DNA of 64,000 nucleotides from a virus. Its lineage: Duplodnaviria > Caudoviricetes. The notes beneath the pieces were generated by a model. The model saw only the letters and a list, made by a program, of their open reading frames with translations, did not search any database and was not told where the DNA came from. Below are positions 53,513 to 64,000 of this stretch, in pieces. The position numbers were made by a program, and so were the translations under genes. The DNA is taken from positions 32,001-96,000 of the IMG/VR virus record IMGVR_UViG_3300021400_001615. The stretch is one strand, 5' to 3'. Numbering within the stretch: the first letter of the stretch is position 1; every line of letters starts with the position of its first letter.

Positions 53513-54679
53513 ATGAATATGAAAAAAAGTTTTGAGCAATTTTGCAAAGATACGAACAATTATGATTTATTAAATTTGTGGGATAGCGAATTAAACAAAA
53601 CAGATCCTAAATCTGTAAGTTATAGCACAACTAAAAAATATTGGTTTATGTGTCCAAATGGCTTACATGAATCGAGACAGATTTGTGTTGGTAATGTTAC
53701 AAATGGATATAAAACAAGAGGTTGTTATTGCATATGCCATGCGTGTAACTCTATAGGCCAATATATTATAAATAAATATGGTAAGAAGTACTTAGATGCA
53801 ATTTGGTCTAATAAAAATCAGAAATCATATTATGACATAGATAAATCAAGTGCAACCAAGATATGGCTTAAGTGCATAAATGATGATACTCACGATGATT
53901 ATGATGTGACCGCCAATAATTATTCTAGTGGTCATCAGAAATGTCCGTATTGCACCGGTCAGCGAACGTGTTTAACTAATTCGTTTGGTTATAAACATCC
54001 AGAATATGTTGGCGTATGGTCTGATAAAAATTCGTTTAGCCCTTTTGAGCGTTCATATGGCAGTAAGGATTATGCGTGGTTCAAATGTGAGAATGGTATA
54101 CATAATGAATACAAAAAACGCATTAGAGATATAAATTATACAAAGTATATCTGTCCGGAATGTGCAAAGGAAAAGGCTATTAGTAATATACCAAGGGGCG
54201 AGGACTCTCCGCAATGGAGAGGCGGCATTTTAAAGGATAGTCAAAGAATTAGGAATTCTAAAGAATATTCTGAATGGAGGATAAATGTATTTAAAAAGGA
54301 TTGGTTTACTTGTCAATGCTGTGGTGTCGGAAATAATATACAGGCACATCATATAAAACCATTTTCGCAGTATGAAGAATCACGATTAGAAATAAGGAAC
54401 GGTATGTGTCTGTGTGAATTGTGTCATCAAAGTAAGAAAGCTAATTCTTTCCATAATATTTATGGTACTCATAATAATACTCCATCTCAGCTTGAGGAAT
54501 ATATTAATAACAGGCGCAAACAGCTTGGTATTAATATACCGTTTTCTTTAGATTCTTATTTATCTGGTAACATATTAAAACCGGGTGATGTAACTATCAA
54601 TGAAGAAATTCCCTGGATTTTTGATACAATAAGTATCAACGATCTTAAATTTGAAAATAACAGTGATATAGCTGTTTGA
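53513..54679 (+). CDS. Free-standing Zn-finger/HNH homing endonuclease
   Basis: Repeated W.KC..H...CPYC units; CQCCG...AHHIKP...NG.CLC..CH. Confidence 0.8.
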   Translation: MNMKKSFEQFCKDTNNYDLLNLWDSELNKTDPKSVSYSTTKKYWFMCPNGLHESRQICVGNVTNGYKTRGCYCICHACNSIGQYIINKYGKKYLDAIWSNKNQKSYYDIDKSSATKIWLKCINDDTHDDYDVTANNYSSGHQKCPYCTGQRTCLTNSFGYKHPEYVGVWSDKNSFSPFERSYGSKDYAWFKCENGIHNEYKKRIRDINYTKYICPECAKEKAISNIPRGEDSPQWRGGILKDSQRIRNSKEYSEWRINVFKKDWFTCQCCGVGNNIQAHHIKPFSQYEESRLEIRNGMCLCELCHQSKKANSFHNIYGTHNNTPSQLEEYINNRRKQLGINIPFSLDSYLSGNILKPGDVTINEEIPWIFDTISINDLKFENNSDIAV

Positions 54680-54725
54680 TATAGATATGGCAAATATTGT
54701 TTTAAAATATTAAAGGAGGCCCATT

Positions 54726-55151
54726 ATGCAAAAATCAAAAGAAAGAACATGTCTTATGTGTGGAACCAAGTATCAATGGTGTATTCATTGTAAAGATACC
54801 AGGCCGGATGAGGGCTGGCGTTTTCTTTATCATGACGAGAAGTGCAGAGACATGAGTGAAATATGGTATGCATATAGAGGTAAAGAGATTTCAAAGGCTG
54901 AAGCCAAAGAAAAAATGAGTGCGTTGAAGCCGAATATTGATGATGTATTGAAATATACTTCTATTGCGGCTAAAGAAATTAGAGAAATTTTCGATGTTCC
55001 AGAAGAGCAGGAAGTAGTTGAAAATGAAATTACTAATCATGAAGAAAGCAATGATGTTGTCGAAGACGCTGAGGTTGCAAAAGAAGATAATTTTGCGCAA
55101 CATACAGTAAAACATTTTGATAATAAGCATGATTATAGAAAGAAAAAATAA
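54726..55151 (+). CDS. Hypothetical Cys-motif protein
   Basis: CLMCG..Y.WC..C. Confidence 0.7.
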   Translation: MQKSKERTCLMCGTKYQWCIHCKDTRPDEGWRFLYHDEKCRDMSEIWYAYRGKEISKAEAKEKMSALKPNIDDVLKYTSIAAKEIREIFDVPEEQEVVENEITNHEESNDVVEDAEVAKEDNFAQHTVKHFDNKHDYRKKK

Positions 55152-55199
55152 TTGTGAATTTGATTAAAAAATACTTAGCGATTGAAAATATCGTAATAC

Positions 55200-55236
55200 G
55201 GGGTAGCCAATTCACAATTTGGTTACCCCATTTTTT
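55200..55236 (+). terminator. Rho-independent terminator
   Basis: GGGGTAGCCAA/TTGGTTACCCC stem plus T tract. Confidence 0.7.
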
Positions 55237-55245
55237 ACGTTTTAT

Positions 55246-55549
55246 AGCCCCTTAGCATAATTTGGTAATGCACCGGTCTCTTAGCTTAATTTGGACACCT
55301 AGATACGAAAGGTCTAGTGTGAATTGTGCCTAATTCGACGAAACTCTCATATGAGACAACGACGAGCTAAATCAAAATATATTTTTGTAAATGTGTAGAG
55401 ACTATATAGCACACATCTAAGTCCTATCGGATATGATGAAGAAATAGTCCAGACCACAACGCATATGCGGCTATGGTGACATAGAGTGGTAAGAAAACCG
55501 TGATATCCCTCTGAAGGAGGTTATCTGGGTTCAAATCCCAGGGGGGCTG
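55246..55549 (+). tRNA. Amber suppressor tRNA(CUA): join(55246-55281, 55494-55549)
   Basis: AGCCCCT/GGGGGCT acceptor, GCAT/ATGC D stem, spliced loop CTCT|AAA, CTGGG-TTCAAAT-CCCAG T arm. Confidence 0.85.
55282..55493 (+). mobile_element. Compact group I intron (212 nt) in the tRNA anticodon
   Basis: IGS TTTGGA, P AATTCGACGAA, Q AACGACGAGC, R GTAGAGACTA, S AAGAAATAGTCC, terminal G 55493. Confidence 0.85.
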
Positions 55550-55623
55550 CTATGAATACAAGATAATAAAAATGGAGCGATTGTTTTTATTCTTGTAAAA
55601 AAAAATAAAAGGAGATAAAAGGT

Positions 55624-56111
55624 ATGAAAGATTATTATAAAAATACTCGCAAGTGTATTGACGAATATAACTATGTTTAGGAAAAAATGGCAAATAGTCC
55701 ACATGTTACCGACGAGGTAGAGGATGAATTCGTCCAAAATTTTTGCATCCATTTTGCACATGCACTCATTAAGGATACCGGATTTGGTCAAACATCTCGC
55801 GATGAATTGGAAAGAATTGCCGACATTATTAATGATGTAATTAGATAAGGAGAAAATGTATGGCTGATGAATTCTGGAAAAGAAGTCCGGTAACTGGACG
55901 AAAATATAATTATTTTAGCAAGGATATTGTTCACTTGGTTAATTTGGCCTAGTGCGATTATTATATGAATGAATGTGGCGTTATGCCATTGGATATTATG
56001 CTTACGGACGATAGAAAGAATCCCGGCAAGAAAATAGTACTCTTCTGTTTTTCTAAGGAAGAGACACGGGATGCTTATTAGTCCTGGTGTGAAAGAGAAC
56101 ATGACAGATAA
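55624..56111 (+). CDS. Two small recoded hypothetical genes: 55624-55848 and 55860-56111
   Basis: Open only with TAG as sense; each has an RBS. Confidence 0.6.
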
Positions 56112-56121
56112 GGGGGTAAAT

Positions 56122-56628
56122 ATGAAAGAAATTACTATTATTCCTAATTTAAATCATTTTCTTAATGATGGCATTACAGAAGTTCCAACATTTTATACTT
56201 TTAATAAGATTAATGAAGATCATATTTAGAACGTTAAAAATTTAATGTCAATTATTTCTGGCGATTTAAGTGCCAGATCACAATATCACGATTATACAAA
56301 AGTTAGAGAACCGCATAAAACCGATTTTTACAATGCTGTTTATGAGAAAATTAAAAATGGTATTCCAATAGATGAAAGTGATTGGGCGAAGGATCATTAT
56401 GAACTTGAGCGCCATCATTTAAACAAACATGTTCCATCGGATGTTGATTTAATTGATGTGTTGGAATATGTTATTGATTCTATTGTTTCTAATGTTGAAC
56501 AACTCGGTATAAAAGGTAATGTTACAATTAGCAATCAGGATCTAATGAATGCATTGCGCAATACGGTTAGTAAAATCAGTGATATGATAAAAATACCGGA
56601 AGAAAACGATGAAAACAAAGGTGATTAA
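56122..56628 (+). CDS. DUF5662-like protein, one TAG
   Basis: HDYTK...HYELERHH. Confidence 0.6.
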
Positions 56629-56629
56629 T

Positions 56630-57661
56630 ATGGGTAGAAAAACAGTCTATAACAACATTACATCGCCCCAGTTAATATCTTAGGTATTACCAGAGAACAA
56701 ACAACTTGGCGAGGATTTTATTGAATATTTGCAGTCAATTGATCGTTCTCCGAGTACTATCAATCAGTATAAATCAGATCTCTCTATTTTCTGGGTATGG
56801 AATCTACAAAACAATAATAATAAACCGTTTATCAAAATTACGAAACGTGAGTTTGCCAGGTTCCAAAATTATTGTTTAAATACCTGGGGTTGGAGTTCTA
56901 ATAGAATTCGTAGAGTAAAATCTGTAATATCTTCCATGAGTAACTTTATAGAAAACATATTGGATGAGGAAGAAGAATTTGAGGGGTATCGTGCGGTAAT
57001 TCGAAAGATAGAATCGCCGGTTAAAGAAGAAGTTCGTGAGAAAACAATTTTTGAACCGGAAGAACTTCAAAGGCTTTTGGATCATTTAGTTGATCAAAAG
57101 AAATACATGCAAGCGTGTATACTCGCTCTAGCAATGTATTCCGGTAGACGTAAAGCGGAGTTGCCGAGATTTAAAGTCTCTTATTTTGACGATGAGAATG
57201 TCTTTCTTGGATCCTTATATAAAACGCCAGAAAAGGTAAAGACAAAGGGTCGTGGTTCCAGGGGTAAAATGTTAAACTTATATGTATTAAAGAAAGAATT
57301 TGATCCGTACCTCAAGCTCTGGTTAGATTACAGGAAAGAAAATGGAATTGAAAGTGAGTGGCTATTTCCAGCTGCCGATGATCCAGCTAATCATATTAAG
57401 TCAGAAAATCTTGATAATTGGGTTAATACCTATACGAAATTTTTAGGTAAGCCATTTTACTGGCATAGTCTTCGTCATATGTTTTGCACCCAATGTTTAA
57501 AGAAGAACCTTCCTTCTTCCGTTGTCCAGGAAATTATTGGTTGGGAATCTGCCGATATGGTTAATCTTTATAATGATACAACTACAGAAGAAACGCTTGC
57601 CCAGTATTTTGATGAAAATGGTATAAAGGATGTTAAATCAACAAATCTTTCAGAAATTTAA
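56630..57661 (+). CDS. Tyrosine recombinase, one TAG at codon 18
   Basis: SGRRKAEL, KTKGRG, HSLRH, IIGW, NLY. Confidence 0.88.
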
Positions 57662-57743
57662 TTATTAATGATGTGTTTTAGAAAAAGCCGTTAAGAGAAA
57701 TCTTGACGGCATTTTTTTAGTCTTAGTTTAAGGAGAAAAAGGA

Positions 57744-58184
57744 ATGGAATATAAATTGGTTATGGATAAATAGGTTATTGATGAATACTGTGACTACTAT
57801 TTTAGCATTCATACTCGCGCTTGGAAAAAACCAATAGAACGCCCTTTACATCCGAGTTTAAATACGTGGATGATTTTGCCAAGAGTTCAAATGAACACAT
57901 TAAAACAGAAATGGAAAGACTTTGGTGTTTGGTGGATTAAAAAACTTGGATATGATGGGCTAATGTTGGATAAGTTTGCTGCTGAAGTAACCGTATATAT
58001 GCCGTCCAGAAGAAGATTTGATTTAGATAATCATTGTAATGAAAAGTTTTTATGGGATGCTTTTATTGAAGCGGGTTTCATAGTTGATGACGATTGTGAT
58101 CATCTTACTTCTCTCTTGCTTAAAGGTGGATATGACAAGGAGAATCCGAGAACAGAAATTATAATAAGGACGGTGGATAATTAA
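57744..58184 (+). CDS. RusA-like Holliday junction resolvase, one TAG
   Basis: PSLN, RRRFDLDN, DAF..AG...DDD, NPRTEI. Confidence 0.75.
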
Positions 58185-58260
58185 AACATAATGAAGATAG
58201 TAATAAAAACGTGTTGAAAATTGTTTGTAGTTAATAGTACATGAATTGGGGATGATTTAA

Positions 58261-58671
58261 TTGGGATATGTTTATTATAACCCCAATCCCATGGGGCGTT
58301 TGTCGAGTGGTGATTGCACTGTAAGAGCATTGAGTGTTGCTTTGGGGTTCTATGGTGATTGGATGAAAACATATGCTTTGCTTTGTGCCGAGGGCGCATA
58401 GCATTGTGAAATGCCATCGGCCAATGAAGTATGGGGAAGTTTATTATTAAAGAACGGATATGAAGAACACAGTTTGTTACAGAGATGCAAAGACTGCTAT
58501 ACGCTTGCCGATTTTTGCAAGGATCATAAAGATGGTGAGTACGTTGTTGGTACTGGTTAGCATACTGTGTATTGTAGAAATGGTGACTATATGGATTCGT
58601 GGGATTCTGGCGATGTAATCCCAACATATTATTTCAAAAAGGTAAATAAGGAGGAAATTAAAGATGAATAA
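58261..58671 (+). CDS. Papain-like Cys-His-Asp protein (putative), two TAG
   Basis: YYNPNP...GDCTVRA...HTV...DSWDS. Confidence 0.65.
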
Positions 58672-59266
58672 TTTCAATGATTATACGACAACTTATCAAC
58701 CAATGGGGCAATCCAATATGTATATTCCACCAACTCAGGCGGCCACACCGGTTTATCCCAAAAACTGGCAACAATATTATCAACAGCCTATGACTAATAA
58801 TATGATTTATCAGTCTTAGATGTAGCCGATGAATAATCCAATGGTATGGGTTCAGGGTGAAGCTGGTGCGAAATCTTATCAGCTTCCTAATAATACTACT
58901 CTTCCGCTTTGGGATAGTGAGCAGCAAACCATCTACATTAAGACGGTTGATTAGAACGGCAAACCGACTATGACAATATTAGATTATGTGGATAGGAATG
59001 CGCCAGCTGCCAGCAATGATACTGATAAGGTTGCACAGGTTGAGTATGCTACCAAGGAACAAGTTGATGGTTTGAGTAACCAGTTTTCCGCTATTAGTGA
59101 GAAACTTAATATGATGAGTGAATATGTTACGAGAGACCAATTCGACGATTTGAACGATCATATTAAAGATCTCGGTGGCCAGATAAATGATATTGAAGAT
59201 AGAATTACTAGTTTTGGCAAACCTCAGTCTGGTAACAACTATAATAATAAGAGGGGGAATAAATAA
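58664..59266 (+). CDS. Gln/Asn/Pro-rich hypothetical protein, three TAG
   Basis: WVQGEAGAKSY...LWDSEQQTIYIK; in frame with ORF 58970. Confidence 0.75.
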
Positions 59267-59547
59267 TGCCAAATTCTTTATTTAATAAATTTGGGCCAGC
59301 TAATTATTAGCGCCAGAATTCTGGTAATAATATTTTGCAACAGTTGGCATAGATTAAAAATAATCCGGGCGCAATATTGGAGATTATGTTGCAAAACGGA
59401 AAAATAAATCGTTAGCAGTATAATGATTTATAGCAGTACAGGAATAATCCTGAAATGATTTGTAAGTATTTGATCAACAATGGTAAGGCTAACGAAATTA
59501 ATCAAGCCGAACATATTGTTGGTCAGATGGGTAATTTTAACGGTTGA
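59266..59547 (+). CDS. Small Gln/Asn-rich protein, four TAG
   Basis: Start overlaps the previous stop; open with TAG as sense. Confidence 0.65.
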
Positions 59548-59649
59548 TATAAAATAAAACGTTGTTGATGTCTAATTATAAATTCTATTTTGTGATATTA
59601 ACAAATTAATTATGATTTATTTGTTTTTTTACAAAGGAGGTTTTTAATT

Positions 59650-60384
59650 ATGGCACTTACAGAAAACTTAAGCGCTGCTGATCTTGCGGCTGTACTCGGA
59701 AATAACAATGGTGATTTTGGTGGTAATGGTGCATGGTGGTTACTCATTCTTCTTATTTTTGCTAATAATGGATGGGGTAATGGCAATGGCTTTGGTGGTA
59801 ATGGTGGATATATGCCGCCGTATGCGACCGCCAACGATGTATAGAGTGGCTTTGATCAGGCTGCGCTTATTTCTGGGATTAACGGTATCACTACTGCTCT
59901 CTCTAATGGCTTTGCCAATTCTGAGATTTCCCGTACAAATATGCTTTCTAATTTAACAAATCAACTGAATAATTCTGCCATGGCGTAGCAGCAATGCTGC
60001 TGCAATACTCAGGCGGCTATCAAGGACGTTCAGTATACTGTGGCTACAGAGGCTTGCGCCGACCGTGCTGCCGTTACTGACGCTCTGAGGGATGTTATTG
60101 CCGCTAATAATGCAAGTACTCAGCGTATTCTCGATCAGATGTGTTCTGATAAGATCGATGCTAAGAACGAACAGATTGCCGCTCTTCAGCAGCAGTTAAC
60201 TATGGCGCAGCTTGCTGCTTCTCAAAATGCTCAGACTGCTGCAATTCTTGCCAATAATGATGCCCAGACTGCCGCTCTTGAACAGTATTTATCTCCTGTT
60301 CCCCGCCCGGCATATGTTGTTCAGAATCCTAATTGCTGTGGTAATTATTTTACAAGCTCTTGCGGATGTGGAATGAATGCTTGA
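59650..60384 (+). CDS. Gly/Cys-rich membrane-anchored protein (spore-coat-like), two TAG
   Basis: GAWWLLILLIF, DV*SGFDQ, MA*QQCCC, PAYVVQNPNCC. Confidence 0.75.
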
Positions 60385-60399
60385 TTGGAGGTGGCATAA

Positions 60400-60870
60400 A
60401 TGGCTGAATATAGTGCAAACGCTGTTCAGACAGTAAATCCTGGCGAGACCATTGTTTTCACAGAAACGCCTGTGCCTTGTACTCGTGGATTTGTTCGTCA
60501 CCGTGAAGATACCGGGAACTTTCTTCTTTCTGGTTATGTACCAGGCGTAAATCGTGGATGTTGTTGTAATCGTGTAAATTCTGCGAATTATCTTGTTGAC
60601 TTTGGTGCAAATATTGCCATTCCAACTGGTGGAACAGCCGGGGCAATATCTGTCGCCATACAAATTGATGGTTCTACCATCTCCTCTTCCACTATGACGG
60701 TTACACCGGCTGCTGCGGAAGAGTTTTTTAATGTTTCCAGAGCTGTTAATGCGCAAATTTGGCGAGGTTGTTGCGAAACGATTTCTGTGAAGAATGTTAG
60801 TGATCAGCCTATATTGGTGTAGAATGCTAACATAATAATTACTCGTCCAGATTTGTTTGTGAGTCGATAA
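60400..60870 (+). CDS. BclA C-terminal-like beta-rich protein, one TAG
   Basis: VQTVNPGETIVF...FGANIA...ILV*NANIII. Confidence 0.65.
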
Positions 60871-60889
60871 GAAAAGGAGGAGTATTAAA

Positions 60890-61324
60890 ATGCGAGAATT
60901 TGATAACATCAAAGATATGGTGTATTGTGAAATTGATGAAATATCTCATCAGGGGAAACTCGACATGAATACTGTTAAGGTTCTTGGAGAGTTGGTTGAT
61001 ATTCTTAAGGATATTGGCTCCGTTGAGATGTTTGAAGAGGGTGTTCAGATACAAGATGAGGGATATTCATTGTCTAATGGATATAGCCGTAATGGAGGTT
61101 ATTCTCAAAGAAGTATGCCCATTTATTACAACGATGGTAGTAATAGCTATCGTGGTGGTAGGGGAATGAATAATGGCGGATATTCACGCAGAGGTCGTGG
61201 GTATAGCTATGATGATGGAAAAGGTTACATGATTGAAAAGCTTAATGGTTTAATGATGGAAGCAACTGATCAACATGATAAAGATGCCATACAGCGTCTT
61301 ATTGACCAGTTTGCGTCTAAGTAA
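60890..61324 (+). CDS. Hypothetical protein with Gly/Tyr/Arg-rich segment
   Basis: GYSR repeats. Confidence 0.7.
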   Translation: MREFDNIKDMVYCEIDEISHQGKLDMNTVKVLGELVDILKDIGSVEMFEEGVQIQDEGYSLSNGYSRNGGYSQRSMPIYYNDGSNSYRGGRGMNNGGYSRRGRGYSYDDGKGYMIEKLNGLMMEATDQHDKDAIQRLIDQFASK

Positions 61325-61377
61325 TTTTTGTTGAGAGTTTATGATTTAGATATGAACTACGTTTTATTTATATATAC

Positions 61378-61408
61378 TGGGGATCGGGAAACTGATCCCC
61401 ATTTTTTT
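61378..61408 (+). terminator. Rho-independent terminator
   Basis: TGGGGATCGG-GAAA-CTGATCCCCA plus T tract. Confidence 0.75.
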
Positions 61409-61425
61409 GTAAAGGAGAATAAGGT

Positions 61426-61977
61426 ATGTCTAAGAAAATTTCTGCTTTTTTAGCTGAATATAAAACAAAGAAAACTATTGAAGAAAAAGATGAATGTGTA
61501 AAAAAATATATGAATAATAACTATGTTCCATATGATAAGAAAGCTGATGTCGCGAATGCGATTGCAGACACTGCTTATCATCGGGTTGAGATAGATAAAG
61601 ATGGCAACGAACGTAAAGTGCTTCATGTCGATTCTATTGCAAGATATATGTTGACATGTATGTCCGTTGTTGATTTATATACGAATATAGAACGTCAGAG
61701 AATTGGCGGTAATATGCTTGATGATTTTAATGCATTGATGAGTGTTGGTGCATTGGATTTGATTATTAAAAATTTGGACCCGTCTGAGCTTAAAGAATTT
61801 AAAATGGTTGTTCAGATGGCATGTGATGATCTTATGACAAATGAATATGAAAATCATGCGTTTATTTCTAAACAGGTTGAGAGATTTGGCAAATTAGTTG
61901 GAAACTTTATTTCCCCACTCCTCTCCCAGTTAGATATGAGTAAGGTTGAAGAAATACTTGGTAAATTCAATTCTTAA
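61426..61977 (+). CDS. Hypothetical protein (possible tail chaperone)
   Basis: ORF with RBS upstream of the tape-measure-like gene. Confidence 0.65.
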   Translation: MSKKISAFLAEYKTKKTIEEKDECVKKYMNNNYVPYDKKADVANAIADTAYHRVEIDKDGNERKVLHVDSIARYMLTCMSVVDLYTNIERQRIGGNMLDDFNALMSVGALDLIIKNLDPSELKEFKMVVQMACDDLMTNEYENHAFISKQVERFGKLVGNFISPLLSQLDMSKVEEILGKFNS

Positions 61978-62082
61978 TCTCTTATTATGATTAAGTATTG
62001 TTAGCATCTCAAGTATTTAAATCATATCATGTTGCAGTATGGGTGTTAATAATATTTTTTTGTAAAAAGGGGATGAATAATT

Positions 62083-62583
62083 ATGGACGCTTCTAATATA
62101 GATGAAATGGTTAATTAGGCTGTAAAAGAGGTTAAAGCCAGAGTTCTTGGTGTTGCCGATAAGATAGGTTATGATTTGGTCGAGGCAATCTAGATTAAGT
62201 ATGATCATTGTGTTGATGCATTTTATAAGAGTTTTACGCCTGCGTATTATGATAGAACATATAATACATACTCCGCTTCAGATGGTGAGCATGGCGTAAG
62301 TTCTCTTTTTGATGTCCAAGATAGCGGTGATACAATATATATAACTGCTGGTATAACATTGGATTCAAATAGACTCTAGCCATGGTATGATGATCCGACG
62401 GATTATGTATTTAGTCGTACCTGGGAAAGAGGTATACATGGCACAATTGAAACTGGTGGTCAAATGGGTGAACCACCAAAAGCAATGATGGATAAATGGT
62501 TTAAAGACTTTCAAAGTTCTGGACATAGAATAATTGTAAATAAGCATTTAGCTTCTATAGGTCTTGGTTCAAGGCGTAGATAA
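62083..62583 (+). CDS. Hypothetical 166-aa protein, three TAG; absent from ORF track
   Basis: FYKSFTPAYYDRT...GIHG. Confidence 0.7.
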
Positions 62584-62589
62584 TTAAAG

Positions 62590-64000
62590 GTGGTGAAAAT
62601 AGTGGGTTTAGTAAATGAATTTAAGATAACTGTACCAATAGAGGTTGATACAAAACGAATGCGTTCCGATCTCAAAAGTCAGTTTACGCATATTAAAGAA
62701 GAATATGAGGGAGAGTTCATAAAAATAAGAATTACCGGTGATGAAAAGGATCTGGAGAAAATCAAACAGCAAATATCTCAAATGAATTCTAAAGATATTC
62801 CAAAAATAAAATTGGATATAGATCGTGCAAATTTTGATAAACACTTAAAAGATCTGGAAAATTCGGCGGGTAAATCTTCTAAGTAGATAGCGGATACTTT
62901 TAAAAGGAATATTGCGACGGGTTTTGAACCTTTAAGCATAGGCGATTTAATTAAGAAACAATTTGGTAATTCGAAAAGGTATTCTGGTACGGCAGCAAAA
63001 GAAACAATTGCAGCAATGGCACAACCGCTTTCTACGCCGCTTCCTGATGATGCAAGTTACATGGACATTGTAAGGAGGGCTGAGGCGTATGAACAGCTGG
63101 CAGCTGCCATAAAAGACGTACAATAGAATCACCCTAAAGATTTTAAGAAGCTTGGTATTGATCAAAATGAAGTCCAGGCTTCAATAGACCAGTTTTATCA
63201 ATAGATTGGCGCTAGAATTTCAAATGAGGCAAATCGCACTGATTTTATATCTCAAATATAGGCATCATTTGTTACATTGAGTTAGAACCTTGCCACGATG
63301 ATGCAATCTATTATTGATGATGTTAAAGCAAAAATAGGTGGTGGAACTGGAACCGGTACAGGAAGTGGAACCGGTTCTGGTGATGGATCTGGGACTGGTT
63401 CCGGTACGGGTGGTGGAACTGGTGCTGGTTCTGTAGAAATTCCCGGGGGATTTTAGTCGGACGAAATAAATGAATTGGATAATTAGATCGATAAATTGGC
63501 GCAAGATATAGAAAATGCAAAACAAAGATTGTAGGAATTACAAAATACGGGAAAGGATGCCAAAGCTTACGATATTAGGCAAATGATGAATGGTCTGTAC
63601 AAAGAAATTGACACTATATTGCAAGACCCCAATACAGATCCAGATGAAGCAGATAGAAAAGCTGAAGAATTAAAAAAGAGAATGCTAGATTTGTATGCTA
63701 CATATCAAAAGGTTGGTGGAAGCGATGGCGATTTAAATGAGACCATGTGGGAAGAAATGTATGACTGGATTGATGAGTATGGTGACGGCAAAGCAATCAA
63801 AGGGTTAAAAGTTGTAGATGAGGCTGCAATTGCTAATCAATAGTCCCTAATTCAAGGTCTTATTTCTACCCTCGATGCACTAAAAGCGAAACGGGAAGAG
63901 TTATTAAAGCAGCCATAGCCGTCGTCAACATAGCAAACCGGTTAGACTGGTTCTTCACCATCAAGTTCCGGTGATTAGTCTGGCACTCAATAGACTGGCG
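62590..64000 (+). CDS. Tape-measure-like protein, 5' part, about 14 TAG
   Basis: One frame with no TAA or TGA to the window end; coiled-coil character, Gly/Thr linker. Confidence 0.65.

Noticed and set aside
63337-63432. GGN-ACN/TCN repeat
   Set aside because: Low-complexity Gly/Thr/Ser linker within the tape-measure-like frame.
39308-64000. Late genes as pseudogenes of a decayed prophage
   Set aside because: Every interruption is TAG or a group I intron, with no frameshifts or internal TAA/TGA, and a CUA tRNA is present.

Overview
A 64-kb piece of a large, probably temperate, SPbeta-like phage of a Firmicute (likely clostridial) host. The left arm (1-26.3 kb, minus strand) carries early and accessory genes: a radical SAM cluster, a YopP/YopQ/MrpR-like control module, many small genes separated by a repeated site, DUF932 and a reverse transcriptase. 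The right arm (27.7-64 kb, plus strand) carries a YonO-like RNA polymerase, HU, PhoH, ClpP, terminase, portal, capsid, neck and tail genes and the start of a tape-measure-like gene. Four things stand out. (1) A reverse transcriptase (19554-20804) is followed by three structured non-coding units, two unknown genes and a fourth unit; the units share a covarying scaffold around a long hairpin of variable sequence, suggesting a multi-template retron-like system. (2) Late genes read TAG as a sense codon, most likely Gln, which explains their fragmentation in the ORF track; early genes are essentially standard code. (3) The amber suppressor tRNA (CUA) is split inside its anticodon by a group I intron. 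(4) Three more group I introns interrupt virion genes, two of them flanking a 47-nt micro-exon. All family assignments come from motif recognition and synteny, not database searches.
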